Origin: Candidatus Sabulitectum sp.
GTDB lineage: Bacteria; Fermentibacterota; Fermentibacteria; Fermentibacterales; JCC-6
DNA length: 64,000 nucleotides
Assembly: GCA_021107435.1 (NCBI GenBank)
Contig: JAIOSV010000060.1
Location: 9,824-73,823 of the forward strand
Reading direction: 5' to 3'
The translations under genes were made by a program, and so were the position numbers. Below, one piece after another: positions 1 to 8,706 of the stretch. The notes below the pieces were generated by a model. The model worked only from the letters and a program-made list of their open reading frames with translations, did no database searches and was not told the DNA's origin. The stretch's first letter is position 1. The number at the start of each line of letters is the position of its first letter.

Positions 1-451
1 TTTCTGCCAAATCGACCTGCCCGGTAAGGGCAAGTACCAGTGGAACAGAGAACAGTCCCCTGTCTCCCCTTGCAATCAATTGAGGATTAGAGTTGTTGTA
101 CTCAACTTCTTCAATCGGAAATTCTTTTCCACGGGAGATAACAGTGAACTCAGAGAATCCGTAAACAGGAAGCGGAAAACCTGGTTTCAGTACCTGATCA
201 ATATCAACTTCAATGGATTCCCCGATAAATTCTGCCGCCTGTGTTTTCTTCCATACTTCAGAGCAATCGACGGTTACTCGTTCGTTGTCCCGCTTTCTGG
301 ATCTGGTTACAGTGAGAATACAATCACCAGTATACAGAACAGTTCCCTCTTCGAGAGGTGCAGCAGGTCCGAACACGAAAAGCTTCAGGATCATTCTCCC
401 TCGCAAGCCGTGGGTTCTCTCAACGTAACCGTAAATTACTCTTTTCTCCAT
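1..451 (-). CDS. rimM: 16S rRNA processing protein RimM, 5' portion (gene runs off the left window edge)
   Basis: Absent from the ORF track because there is no stop inside the window. My translation of the minus strand from the ATG at 451-449 gives MEKRVIYGYVERTHGLRGRMILKLFVFGPAAPLEEGTVLY... This is a RimM-like N-terminus. It lies in the conserved ffh-rpsP-KH-rimM gene order, and its start abuts the KH gene stop (456-454). Confidence 0.75.
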   Translation of the reverse strand, partial: MEKRVIYGYVERTHGLRGRMILKLFVFGPAAPLEEGTVLYTGDCILTVTRSRKRDNERVTVDCSEVWKKTQAAEFIGESIEVDIDQVLKPGFPLPVYGFSEFTVISRGKEFPIEEVEYNNSNPQLIARGDRGLFSVPLVLALTGQVDLAE

Positions 452-453
452 CG

Positions 454-684
454 TCAGTCCATTATTTCTATTGTGGCCTTCTGACCGTTTCTGGCCGCAG
501 CTGAACGAACTATCATCCTCATGGCCTTGGCAATTCTGCCTTCCTTGCCGATAACGCGGCCGAGATCGGCTTCCTCAACTCTGAGCTCGTATACTGTCAT
601 GTCTTCCTGGGTAGTTTCCTCAACGGTTACTCCTTCGGGATTCTCAACCAGGGTGCGGGCCATGTGTTCAACGAGTTCTCTCAT
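454..684 (-). CDS. KH-domain RNA-binding protein (UPF0109 / YlqC-like)
   Basis: 76 aa. Contains the VIGKEGRIAKAMRMIV KH motif. Sits in the usual position between rpsP and rimM. Confidence 0.8.
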   Translation of the reverse strand: MRELVEHMARTLVENPEGVTVEETTQEDMTVYELRVEEADLGRVIGKEGRIAKAMRMIVRSAAARNGQKATIEIMD

Positions 685-733
685 TTCATCCTCCGGTTTT
701 AGAAGTTAGCGGGTAACAGTCCTAAAATGTTAA

Positions 734-1054
734 CTACGAGTTTCTGCTTTCACCCTTGATGAATACAGTCTCGGGTACAACACCTTCTTCACCCTGCAGA
801 ATACGGTTCCATTTTGCCATCGTACCTGTTTTGCGAAGCAGGCTTCTCATGGTATCAGAAAGCTGTGCTCCATTGCCAAGCCATTTGAATACCTTCCCCT
901 CGTCAACTTTCATCTCAAGGGGCTTCCTGAGCGGATCATAGTATCCCAGTATCTCAATGAAACTGCCACTGACAGCTCTGCGTGAATCCGCAGCCACTAT
1001 CCTGTAGAATGGGGTCTTAGCGCTTCCCATTCTTCTAAGTCTGATCTTTACCAA
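734..1054 (-). CDS. rpsP: 30S ribosomal protein S16
   Basis: MVKIRLRRMGSAKTPFYRIVAADSRRAVSGSFIEILGYYDP is a canonical S16 N-terminus. Confidence 0.95.
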   Translation of the reverse strand: MVKIRLRRMGSAKTPFYRIVAADSRRAVSGSFIEILGYYDPLRKPLEMKVDEGKVFKWLGNGAQLSDTMRSLLRKTGTMAKWNRILQGEEGVVPETVFIKGESRNS

Positions 1055-1082
1055 TCGTCACCTCCAGTTTTGCGCGCGAACA

Positions 1083-2402
1083 CTAACGAAACAACGCTGC
1101 CATTCCCCTGTTGCTGCGCATTCCTTTCATCATCTTCTTCATGGTTCTGTATTCTTTAAGCAGACGGTTTACATCCATTACTGTTCTGCCGCTGCCTTTT
1201 GCTATTCTTTTTCTTCTGCTTCCATTAATAATTTCCGGGCGAAGTCTTTCTTTTGCCGTCATGGAGTTTATTAAAACCTCCATTTGTGTAAAGTGAGAGG
1301 AATCCAGGTCAGCGCCGACAGGTCGCATTCCCTTAGGGAGCATGGCCATCAATTCGCTGAGAGAACCCATTTTCTTTATTTTTACGAGTTCCTTCCTGAA
1401 ATCTTCAAGATTGAATGAATTGCTCTTAATCTTTTTCTGAAGTTTCGCGGCTTCCTTCTCGTCAAACATTTCCTGTGCTTTTTCAGCCAGACCTACAACA
1501 TCACCCATGCCCAGTATTCTTCCAGCCATTCTGGGAGGATCAAACTCTTCAAGACCCTTTACGCTTTCGCCAACACCGATAAACTTTATGGGCTTTCCTG
1601 TTACTGATCGAAACGACAGAGCGGCCCCTCCTCTGGAATCTCCATCCATCTTTGTAAGAACAGCTCCCGTGAACCCGATTTTCTTATTGAATTCCAGAGC
1701 TACATTCACTGCATCCTGACCTGAGAGGCCGTCAAGAACAAGAAGTGATTCGTCCGGGTGAGTTACCGATTTTACCCTCTCAAGCTCATCCATTAGAGCA
1801 CTGTCAACATGAAGCCGACCGGCAGTGTCAACAATGACAATGTCGTTGTACTGCAATGAAGCCTTATGAATTGCCGCCTTTGCCACTTCTGCCGGATTCT
1901 TCTGGCTCCTGTCGCAGTAAAACGCAGTTCCGGCTTTTTTTGCCATAACCTCAAGCTGATCAATAGCCGCCGGTCTCTGAAGGTCAGCGGCCACAACCAT
2001 GCAACGACGGTTGTGTTTCTTCTGTAAAAGATATGCCAGTCTGGCGGCAGTAGTTGTTTTTCCCGATCCCTGAAGGCCAAGAAGGAGAATCACATGCGGT
2101 GGTTTCCCGGTAAACACAAGCCTCTCAGCAGTTGTTCCAAGAAGCTCTACTATCTGATCATTGACAATCTTAACAACCTGCTGCCCGGGGGTAAGGCTCT
2201 TAAGAACCTTTTCTCCCAGAGCTTTTTCCGCAACTTCGCTGACAAACTTTTTTGCGACCTTGAAATTTACATCAGCTTCCAGCAGCGCTCTTCTGATCTC
2301 CCGCATGGCATCGCTGATGTTGCTCTCTGTAAGAATCCCTCTTCCTGAAAGGTTCCTGAAAGTCTGTCCCAGTCTATTCGAGAGTTTATCAAACAACCGC
2401 AA
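1083..2402 (-). CDS. ffh: Signal recognition particle protein Ffh
   Basis: SRP54 N/G/M domains are present: GLQGSGKTTTAARLA P-loop, DTAGRL, and a Met-rich C-terminus. The true start is probably the second TTG at 2396 (MFDKLSNRLG...), which has GAGGAG 9 nt upstream. Confidence 0.95.
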   Translation of the reverse strand: MRLFDKLSNRLGQTFRNLSGRGILTESNISDAMREIRRALLEADVNFKVAKKFVSEVAEKALGEKVLKSLTPGQQVVKIVNDQIVELLGTTAERLVFTGKPPHVILLLGLQGSGKTTTAARLAYLLQKKHNRRCMVVAADLQRPAAIDQLEVMAKKAGTAFYCDRSQKNPAEVAKAAIHKASLQYNDIVIVDTAGRLHVDSALMDELERVKSVTHPDESLLVLDGLSGQDAVNVALEFNKKIGFTGAVLTKMDGDSRGGAALSFRSVTGKPIKFIGVGESVKGLEEFDPPRMAGRILGMGDVVGLAEKAQEMFDEKEAAKLQKKIKSNSFNLEDFRKELVKIKKMGSLSELMAMLPKGMRPVGADLDSSHFTQMEVLINSMTAKERLRPEIINGSRRKRIAKGSGRTVMDVNRLLKEYRTMKKMMKGMRSNRGMAALFR

Positions 2403-2486
2403 TCACTCCTCTTTAATAATAAAACGTTGTTTACTTCAATTGCACTGCCTCAACAGGGCGCACAAAACCCCCTGCAAAGTCAAGCG

Positions 2487-2514
2487 ATTATAATTAATTT
2501 GAAAAGGTTGTCAA
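2487..2514 (-). promoter_or_regulatory. Consensus sigma70-type promoter for the ffh-rpsP-KH-rimM cluster
   Basis: The minus strand reads TTGACA (2514-2509), a 16 nt spacer, then TATAAT (2492-2487). This lies about 85 nt upstream of the ffh start. Confidence 0.6.
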
Positions 2515-2515
2515 C

Positions 2516-2824
2516 CTAAAAAGACGATTCTCCATGCCCTGCGGGGCATATGATTGTTCTGTCATTTCCGTCCACAGCCATGATATAAAGTTGACTGGTC
2601 GAGGGACACACCAGGAGAGAATCTTCCAGGAGAGGCTGGGGAATTTCCGTATAGACTGTATCCTGCAGATATTCCAGTTCCCGCATTTGAAAAATCAGTT
2701 CCTCACGGTTGATCCTGCAACCGTTCTCGGTCAATCTCTCTTTAATCATATCAATATTGGAGGTTGCAGTTCCACAGGCTGTAACAAATAAAAAAGCAGC
2801 AATACATATCAGAGTATTTTTCAT
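2516..2824 (-). CDS. Small lipoprotein, function unknown
   Basis: Signal peptide with a lipobox: MKNTLICIAAFLFVTAC. I recognise no family. Confidence 0.55.
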   Translation of the reverse strand: MKNTLICIAAFLFVTACGTATSNIDMIKERLTENGCRINREELIFQMRELEYLQDTVYTEIPQPLLEDSLLVCPSTSQLYIMAVDGNDRTIICPAGHGESSF

Positions 2825-2827
2825 GAG

Positions 2828-3490
2828 TTACACCTTCAACGAGTCAATTGCCCCGGCTCGATCAGATGAGGAAGTGATGTATGAGCCGCTGACAAGAACA
2901 GATGCGCCTGCATCAACCAGTTTTTTTGCATTGGAGGAATCAACCCCCCCGTCAATGGAAATAAGAACATCTTCCCGCCCTGCGTCGTCCAGAATTCTTC
3001 GAACAGCGCGGATTTTTCCGTGCATGGCAGATATGTGCTTCTGCCCGCCATAGCCGGGATTCACGGTCATTATCAGTACAAGGTCAAGCAACCCGGCAAC
3101 CCAGCGTACGATCTCAGGTGGTGTCGCAGGATTAAGAGCCAGTCCCGGGGAGCAGCCAAGTTCCCTGATTCTTCCAAGAACACGGTGAATATGTTTCTCA
3201 GATGATTCGGGGTGAATGGTAATGTACCTGCAACCGGCCTTCGCGAAATCCTCAACAAGAGCCGCCGGTCGCTCCACCATTAAATGAGCGTCTACAGGTA
3301 TGGAAACCTCCGAGCAGATGGATCGGGCTACCCCCGCACCGAAAGTAAGAACCGGCACAAAGACACCGTCCATCACATCAAGGTGTATCCAGTCTGCACC
3401 GTCCCGTTCAAGTTCTGCCGCAGCGTCAGCAAGTCTCCCGTAGTTGCATCCGAGAATTGAGGGGGCAACTAAGGATTTTGTCATTACCAC
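2828..3490 (-). CDS. rpe: Ribulose-phosphate 3-epimerase
   Basis: APSILGCNYGRLADAAAELERDGADWIHLDVMDGVFVP and MTVNPGYGGQ motifs. An alternative ATG at 3484 overlaps the upstream stop as TAATG. Confidence 0.92.
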   Translation of the reverse strand: MVMTKSLVAPSILGCNYGRLADAAAELERDGADWIHLDVMDGVFVPVLTFGAGVARSICSEVSIPVDAHLMVERPAALVEDFAKAGCRYITIHPESSEKHIHRVLGRIRELGCSPGLALNPATPPEIVRWVAGLLDLVLIMTVNPGYGGQKHISAMHGKIRAVRRILDDAGREDVLISIDGGVDSSNAKKLVDAGASVLVSGSYITSSSDRAGAIDSLKV

Positions 3491-4293
3491 TCCCCCCAGC
3501 CTCCGGCACCAATAGCACCTGTAACCACAGATACAGTATCACCCTGCGTATAGTTCTCTCCGGAATAAGGGAACTGTTCCAGCACAGTGCCTTCCTTGAG
3601 AATATCAGTAACTGGCCGTTCCTCAATAATCCGCATGACAAGTCTTCTGCCGACAAGAATACTCTCGGCTTCAGCAACCCTGAGCCCGACAAGAACAGGT
3701 ACGCCGGTCCAGCCTGATGACACCAGCAACCTCACAGGCCGTCTTACTGAGATACTGTCACTGAACCATGGGGCAACTGCTATGACCTGCCCCTCGGGAA
3801 TGGACGGATGTGGAATTCTTGTTCTACCTGCGGTGTAAAGCTGCCAGTCAGCTATTTTCTCTTCTGCTCTGCTGGCTGAAAGACCAACAATGGAATCCGG
3901 ATAAAACGGTCTGAATAAAGGTCCGACATTCCAGAAAATGTTGATGGGAGCTCCTCGTGGAACCTGAGTTCCCGCAGGCGGGTCCTGTCTTACTACCGTA
4001 CCCATAGTCTCGAAATTACCATATTCAGTCCATTGACCGGCAAGAACAAGATTACCGCCTTCGATGCTGCTCTGAGCCTCAGATCGTGTCATGCCAAGCA
4101 CATCAGGTACTGTTACCGGCACAGCAGATGCCCCCATGGATGAAATAAACACAGGTGTGTCAAACACCATAGGCGCTGATATAATGCCTGAGAGAAAACC
4201 CAGTCCGGCACCTACTATCGCAAGTATCACAAAAAACAGAATTTTATTCAAGAGAACCCCATCTTCCAGTCCCGGGACATGCATGATGAACAA
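3484..4293 (-). CDS. Membrane-anchored PASTA-repeat protein with no kinase or PBP domain
   Basis: One N-terminal TM helix (ILFFVILAIVGAGLGFLSGII) followed by about three PASTA-like repeats (VPDVLGMTRSEAQSSIE...VVRQDPPAGTQVPRGAPINI; VPVLVGLRVAEAESIL...). Confidence 0.7.
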   Translation of the reverse strand: MFIMHVPGLEDGVLLNKILFFVILAIVGAGLGFLSGIISAPMVFDTPVFISSMGASAVPVTVPDVLGMTRSEAQSSIEGGNLVLAGQWTEYGNFETMGTVVRQDPPAGTQVPRGAPINIFWNVGPLFRPFYPDSIVGLSASRAEEKIADWQLYTAGRTRIPHPSIPEGQVIAVAPWFSDSISVRRPVRLLVSSGWTGVPVLVGLRVAEAESILVGRRLVMRIIEERPVTDILKEGTVLEQFPYSGENYTQGDTVSVVTGAIGAGGWGEW

Positions 4294-4365
4294 ATGCCAG
4301 GCAATCCGTGGCAGAAATCAACCATCCTGCGAAAAATAAGACCTTTTGTGCGGTCTCCGCAACCA

Positions 4366-4629
4366 CTACCCCTGAATTATACCCGAAATCCAGACTATCA
4401 GGAGAGCAATGGCCAGTGCCGGAAGAAAGCTGGCCAGTCTGATCTTCTTCAATTCAAGCATGTGAATTGCAATTCCCAGCATAATCACCCCACCGGTTGC
4501 AGTAAGCTCTGAGATCGTTTCAGCAGTGAGAATCTGACTGAAAAGAGAAGAGCCCATGGTTAAAGAACCCTGCGTGATTAATACAACAAGTGCAGAAAAG
4601 GCAACACCCATGCCCAGTGCAGAATACAA
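4366..4629 (-). pseudogene. C-terminal fragment of a DUF554-family membrane protein
   Basis: The 87-aa ORF matches only the C-terminal third of DUF554 proteins (ELTATGGVIMLGIAIHMLELKKIRLASFLPALAIALL). An in-frame stop at 4659-4657 and the HD gene stop at 4660 leave no room for the missing N-terminal two thirds. Confidence 0.5.
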
Positions 4630-4659
4630 GGCTGGCTGTATTGACCAGAGTACCGGTCA

Positions 4660-5235
4660 TCAGCTCCCCCCGTCCAACCCTAAATCGCTGGCGACTGCTC
4701 TCATGCCGTCAATCACATCCTGAATCAGCTCAGTTATCTCAATCCCCAGCATTTCCGCTCCGTTTTCTATTACCTGACGATTGGCCCCTGCGGCAAAATG
4801 CTTATTCTTCCACTTCTTCTTTACCGATTTTACCTTCAGATCCATAAGACTCCGGGAAGGTCTGACCAGGACACAAGCAGTAATCAGACCGGTGAGTTCA
4901 TCAATTGCATACAGGTATTTCTCCATTGTTGATTCAGGTTTAACATCACTGCAGAGATCCCAGGCATGAGAAACCACTGCTCTGACATAATCCTCCGGCC
5001 AATCTATTTCTTCAAGTATCTCACGAGTCTTAGCGCAATGCTGTTCCGGGAACATTTCATAATCAAGATCGTGTATCAGCCCGATTATCCCCCACTTTTC
5101 CGGGTCTTCTCCTGTTTTTCCCGCAATATGGCGCATAACAGCTTCTACTGAAAGGGCGTGCTTAATAAGTGACTCACTGGTGTTGAATTCTTTGAGCAAC
5201 GCGAATGCTTCTTCTCTTGACGGAACCCTGCTCAT
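4660..5235 (-). CDS. HD / HDIG-domain phosphohydrolase
   Basis: HALSVEAVMRHIA...GLIHDLDYE motifs; 191 aa. Confidence 0.75.
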   Translation of the reverse strand: MSRVPSREEAFALLKEFNTSESLIKHALSVEAVMRHIAGKTGEDPEKWGIIGLIHDLDYEMFPEQHCAKTREILEEIDWPEDYVRAVVSHAWDLCSDVKPESTMEKYLYAIDELTGLITACVLVRPSRSLMDLKVKSVKKKWKNKHFAAGANRQVIENGAEMLGIEITELIQDVIDGMRAVASDLGLDGGS

Positions 5236-5451
5236 TATGTCTCCCTTTCTACATCAGTGACATGATTGATCTGAATCTATGGAATTCCGTATCCACCGGG
5301 AGCCCATCAAACCAGTTTTCAACATCAACTGTAAATATGTGCCTTTTCAATTCCGTTGTTTCCTCCTGAGTACTGTTTCCCGGATGCAGGTTCACGCTAT
5401 TTGTTGAGTGTCTGCCTCTTCGGCTGCTTCAGCATGTTCCTGTCAAGCAAG

Positions 5452-7068
5452 TCAGTTCAGCAGGTAGGTTCTGAATCCGCCGCAAGTGAAGAGAAACTCG
5501 TAATCGCTCATGTGTTCATCCAGCCATCCTGAGTTGCTGAGATAATCATAAATCCGGAATCCGGGAGGACAGCCCTGGCATGTCACTTCTGCGCAGATAA
5601 AAACGAGTGCAGGCCTGTTAATTTGAATGTCCATTCCCAGCTCCGCAAGGAATTGCGTTTCCTCATTGGTCATGTCAGGGGGTGATCTGTAACAGAAGCC
5701 TGATGAACTGTAAGCTGCTGTATCACTGTAAATCAGTGCGATAGGAAAAGCTGACATGAATCTTGTTCCAGGCAGTCTATCGGCATAAACCAGTGTCGGA
5801 TATTTAGGATAGACAGAAGTGGAAATGAAAGATATCCGCTCGCCGGGATCCGAGTATATCTCGATGACCTTCAGAAACTCGTCCATATTTGAGTACATGG
5901 AATCCGCTGCTTGCCGGAAGGAATTTCCTGTCAGTATCAGGCAAACAGCGACCGGAGCAAGCAACAAAACGATATTGATCGATCTTCCCGCAATTCCTTT
6001 CGATTCGTATTTTTCATACAGAACAGCAACGGAAACGGTTATCAGCACTGCTACGAGCCCGAATGCCGGAAACAGATGGTAAATCCAACCCTTGTGCTGA
6101 AGAAAGAATAAACCTATTGCAAGAGTCGATGCAGCAAGCAGTAATTCGAGGAGATGCCTGGTTGCATACTTGTTTCTGAACATCGCAAAACCGGAGAGTA
6201 TTGCGCTTCCGAGAAATTGAAACCAGAATCGCAGGTTTCCAAGTATCATTGCAGGAATTGATACATTGTATGAGTGGTAACCGGCTGCAATAACAGGTAT
6301 CCATCTGGTAAAGAAGGGGGATTGTATGGAGCCCGGCAGCAGAAGCAGATGAACAGCAAAGAAAAGCACAACAGAGTATACTGCAATCATTTCCGGTGAT
6401 CGATATTTTTTCTTTCCCCCCATACGCACTCTCATCAGGACTTCGATCAGAACGACCTGGGCAAAAAAGGATGGTTTACACAGCATAAGAATGCCAGTAA
6501 GGAAACCCGTCAGCAGTGCTGTTGGAATGCTTACTCTGACATCCTGCATTCTGGAGTACCTGACGAACAGGAATGGAAGCCATGCAAGCAGGAACAGATG
6601 CTCCCTCTGTCCGAAATTCCCACCGCTGTAAGCCTTTAACGACAGAATCAGCACCGATGAAGCGATAAGGGTTGCTCCTGTCCAGGTACGGAACAGCCCT
6701 GACCTTCGCACCAGCAAAAGCACGATAAAACAGCTGTAGAAAGTGAAAACAAGAACTCCCGCAGCGAACACCGGCGGCACGTCCACACCAAGTATATTCG
6801 ACAGCAGAACCGGTGGAACATGAATGTACTGCGCCATATGCAGATTTGTTTCAACATGATCCACAAAAGGAACACTTCCTGTGGAGATAAGCCTTCCGCA
6901 CTGGAGCAGAAGCGCACAGTCATGATTCAGCAGCAAACCTGAGAACGAAACGGCAAAAACCATAATCAAAGCACAGACCAGCAAGACTGCTATCGAGCTG
7001 TTTCTTGAATCGGGTAGGCAATCAGGTTTCAATTCGTTTGCTCCTCCAGGTTGATTTTCATCCATCAC
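5452..7068 (-). CDS. Large polytopic membrane protein (possibly GT-C / ArnT-like glycosyltransferase fold) with a Cys-containing C-terminal soluble domain
   Basis: 538 aa with more than 10 hydrophobic helices, then a soluble tail of about 150 aa. Family assignment is a guess. Confidence 0.4.
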   Translation of the reverse strand: MMDENQPGGANELKPDCLPDSRNSSIAVLLVCALIMVFAVSFSGLLLNHDCALLLQCGRLISTGSVPFVDHVETNLHMAQYIHVPPVLLSNILGVDVPPVFAAGVLVFTFYSCFIVLLLVRRSGLFRTWTGATLIASSVLILSLKAYSGGNFGQREHLFLLAWLPFLFVRYSRMQDVRVSIPTALLTGFLTGILMLCKPSFFAQVVLIEVLMRVRMGGKKKYRSPEMIAVYSVVLFFAVHLLLLPGSIQSPFFTRWIPVIAAGYHSYNVSIPAMILGNLRFWFQFLGSAILSGFAMFRNKYATRHLLELLLAASTLAIGLFFLQHKGWIYHLFPAFGLVAVLITVSVAVLYEKYESKGIAGRSINIVLLLAPVAVCLILTGNSFRQAADSMYSNMDEFLKVIEIYSDPGERISFISTSVYPKYPTLVYADRLPGTRFMSAFPIALIYSDTAAYSSSGFCYRSPPDMTNEETQFLAELGMDIQINRPALVFICAEVTCQGCPPGFRIYDYLSNSGWLDEHMSDYEFLFTCGGFRTYLLN

Positions 7069-7463
7069 TGACAGAACCTAAACCTCTGTTACATCATAGT
7101 GATTGAGATACAGCGGCTTGCATAAGAAAGCAAAAGCTTCAACGCATCACAGTTAATCCGGAATAATAAACAAATGTCTTTTGTATATCCAGAGCTGATA
7201 AGCAGAAAATTCCTGGCGGATTTCTCCTCCCCCAGTCGCTCCGAAATATTTTGCGAACAACTCAGTCTTTCTTTCAGATTCCTTCAACCCGGACCCATCA
7301 CAGGTTGCTGTCAATTCTTCTTTTCATCACATGTGGTAATCTGACAGAGAGGAATTCCTGGATTGAATGATGAACGACAAAGATCTGACCGGATTCATTG
7401 AAACTGATTCATTAAGAATGCTCTGAAATCTTCCGGCTACTGATTTTCTGTAACTACCTTTCA

Positions 7464-7493
7464 TTGACCGAAAGGGGCTTTCTGTGTTATTGT
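7464..7493 (+). promoter_or_regulatory. Candidate promoter for the FIST / kinase operon
   Basis: TTGACC (7464-7469), 18 nt spacer, TATTGT (7488-7493). Lies about 70 nt upstream of the ATG at 7563. Confidence 0.3.
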
Positions 7494-7562
7494 GGCAAAG
7501 ATACTGAGACGCAAGAGAGGCGAAGGGGAAGCAAACTCATACAATAGAAACAGAGGCACATC

Positions 7563-8702
7563 ATGTTGAACGGGCTTTACACCAGAAGAGCTGAGGTATC
7601 ACTGAGAAACGAACAAGATGCAGTTGCTGAACTGGCAAGCAAACTTCACATGGAAAAAATGGGTGCTGTTATCTTCTTCTGCTCAGCGGACTACGACCTC
7701 ATGAAGCTCGGAACGGCAATTGACAAGACATTCTCCTGTCCTGTTGTCGGTTGTACCACCGCTGGAGAGATTTGTTCAACTTACGGAAATGGCGGAATAG
7801 TAGCAGTCAGCTTCTCTTCTGAAGCTTTTCGTTTTCACTCTCTTCTGATTGAACGGCTGCATGAGGTTGAGTTTGAAACAATGAACTCTAAAGTACATGA
7901 CCTGGAAGAAAGCCTTGAATTTTCAAAAGGATTTGATCCCGAGAAAATGTTTGGTTTCCTGCTTATTGATGGCCTGTCAATCATGGAAGAAACTGTCACT
8001 GCTGCTTTGTACTCCGCACTTCGCGGTGTCTCAATAATTGGAGGATCCGCTGGCGACAGTTTGAAATTCAAGGAAACAAGCGTATTCGCTAATGGGCGAT
8101 TTGTAACAAATGCCGCTGTTCTTACGATTGTGGAAACACTGTTACCATTCAAAACATTCAAATTGCAGCACTTTGTTCCATCCGACAAAGAAATGGTAAT
8201 AACGGAAGCAGATTCCTTCAAAAGAATCGTGTACGAAATCGATGGTGGACCGGCTGCCGAAGAATACGCGGAGATCATAGGACTTAAGGCAGAAGAGCTG
8301 ACTTCGCAGATATTTGCCATGTATCCGGTTATGCTGCAGATTGGTGATGACTGGTATGTGAGGTCTATTGAGAAAGTGAACGACGATGGAAGTCTTACCT
8401 TTTTCTGCGCAATCGATAACGGCTTGCCATTAACCGTTGCAGAAGGAGTCGGGCTTGTTGAAACCCTCAAAGAAAAAGTGGAGGAGATTCAGAGGGAATT
8501 CCCTTCAATCGAACTGACTCTTGGATATGACTGCATATTGCGCCGTCTTGAAATCAACGAGAAAAACAAAAGTAAAGAAGTCGAGGCAGAGCTGAACAAA
8601 ATCAACTTTATCGGATTCAGCACTTTCGGTGAACAATTCAATTCCATTCATGTTAACCAGACTCTTACCGGGGTCGTTTTCGGCAGCGAACTACAGGCAT
8701 AA
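7563..8702 (+). CDS. FIST N/C-domain sensor protein, NosP-like
   Basis: 379 aa. Contains ...[36 protein letters not shown]... and a C-terminal ...[28 protein letters not shown], the typical FIST architecture. It sits immediately upstream of a sensor-less hybrid kinase. Confidence 0.7.
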   Translation: MLNGLYTRRAEVSLRNEQDAVAELASKLHMEKMGAVIFFCSADYDLMKLGTAIDKTFSCPVVGCTTAGEICSTYGNGGIVAVSFSSEAFRFHSLLIERLHEVEFETMNSKVHDLEESLEFSKGFDPEKMFGFLLIDGLSIMEETVTAALYSALRGVSIIGGSAGDSLKFKETSVFANGRFVTNAAVLTIVETLLPFKTFKLQHFVPSDKEMVITEADSFKRIVYEIDGGPAAEEYAEIIGLKAEELTSQIFAMYPVMLQIGDDWYVRSIEKVNDDGSLTFFCAIDNGLPLTVAEGVGLVETLKEKVEEIQREFPSIELTLGYDCILRRLEINEKNKSKEVEAELNKINFIGFSTFGEQFNSIHVNQTLTGVVFGSELQA

Positions 8703-8706
8703 TATT

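Noticed and set aside
7174-7335. A 53-codon ORF (MSFVYPELISRKFLADFSSPSRSEIF...) and other tiny ORFs in the 494-nt intergenic region 7069-7562.
   Set aside because: No RBS and no recognisable motif. The region is more simply explained as a divergent promoter/UTR region. It has not been checked for conservation.
7835-8470. Long ORFs antisense to, or out of frame within, well-supported genes. This one is an example; others are 8832-9437, 9786-10352, 15005-16060, 32929-33468, 49655-50242 and 61356-62000.
   Set aside because: Each lies entirely inside a gene with clear family motifs on the other strand or in another frame. Their translations are low-complexity (Ser/Arg/Leu-rich) with no recognisable motifs. 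They are typical shadow ORFs.
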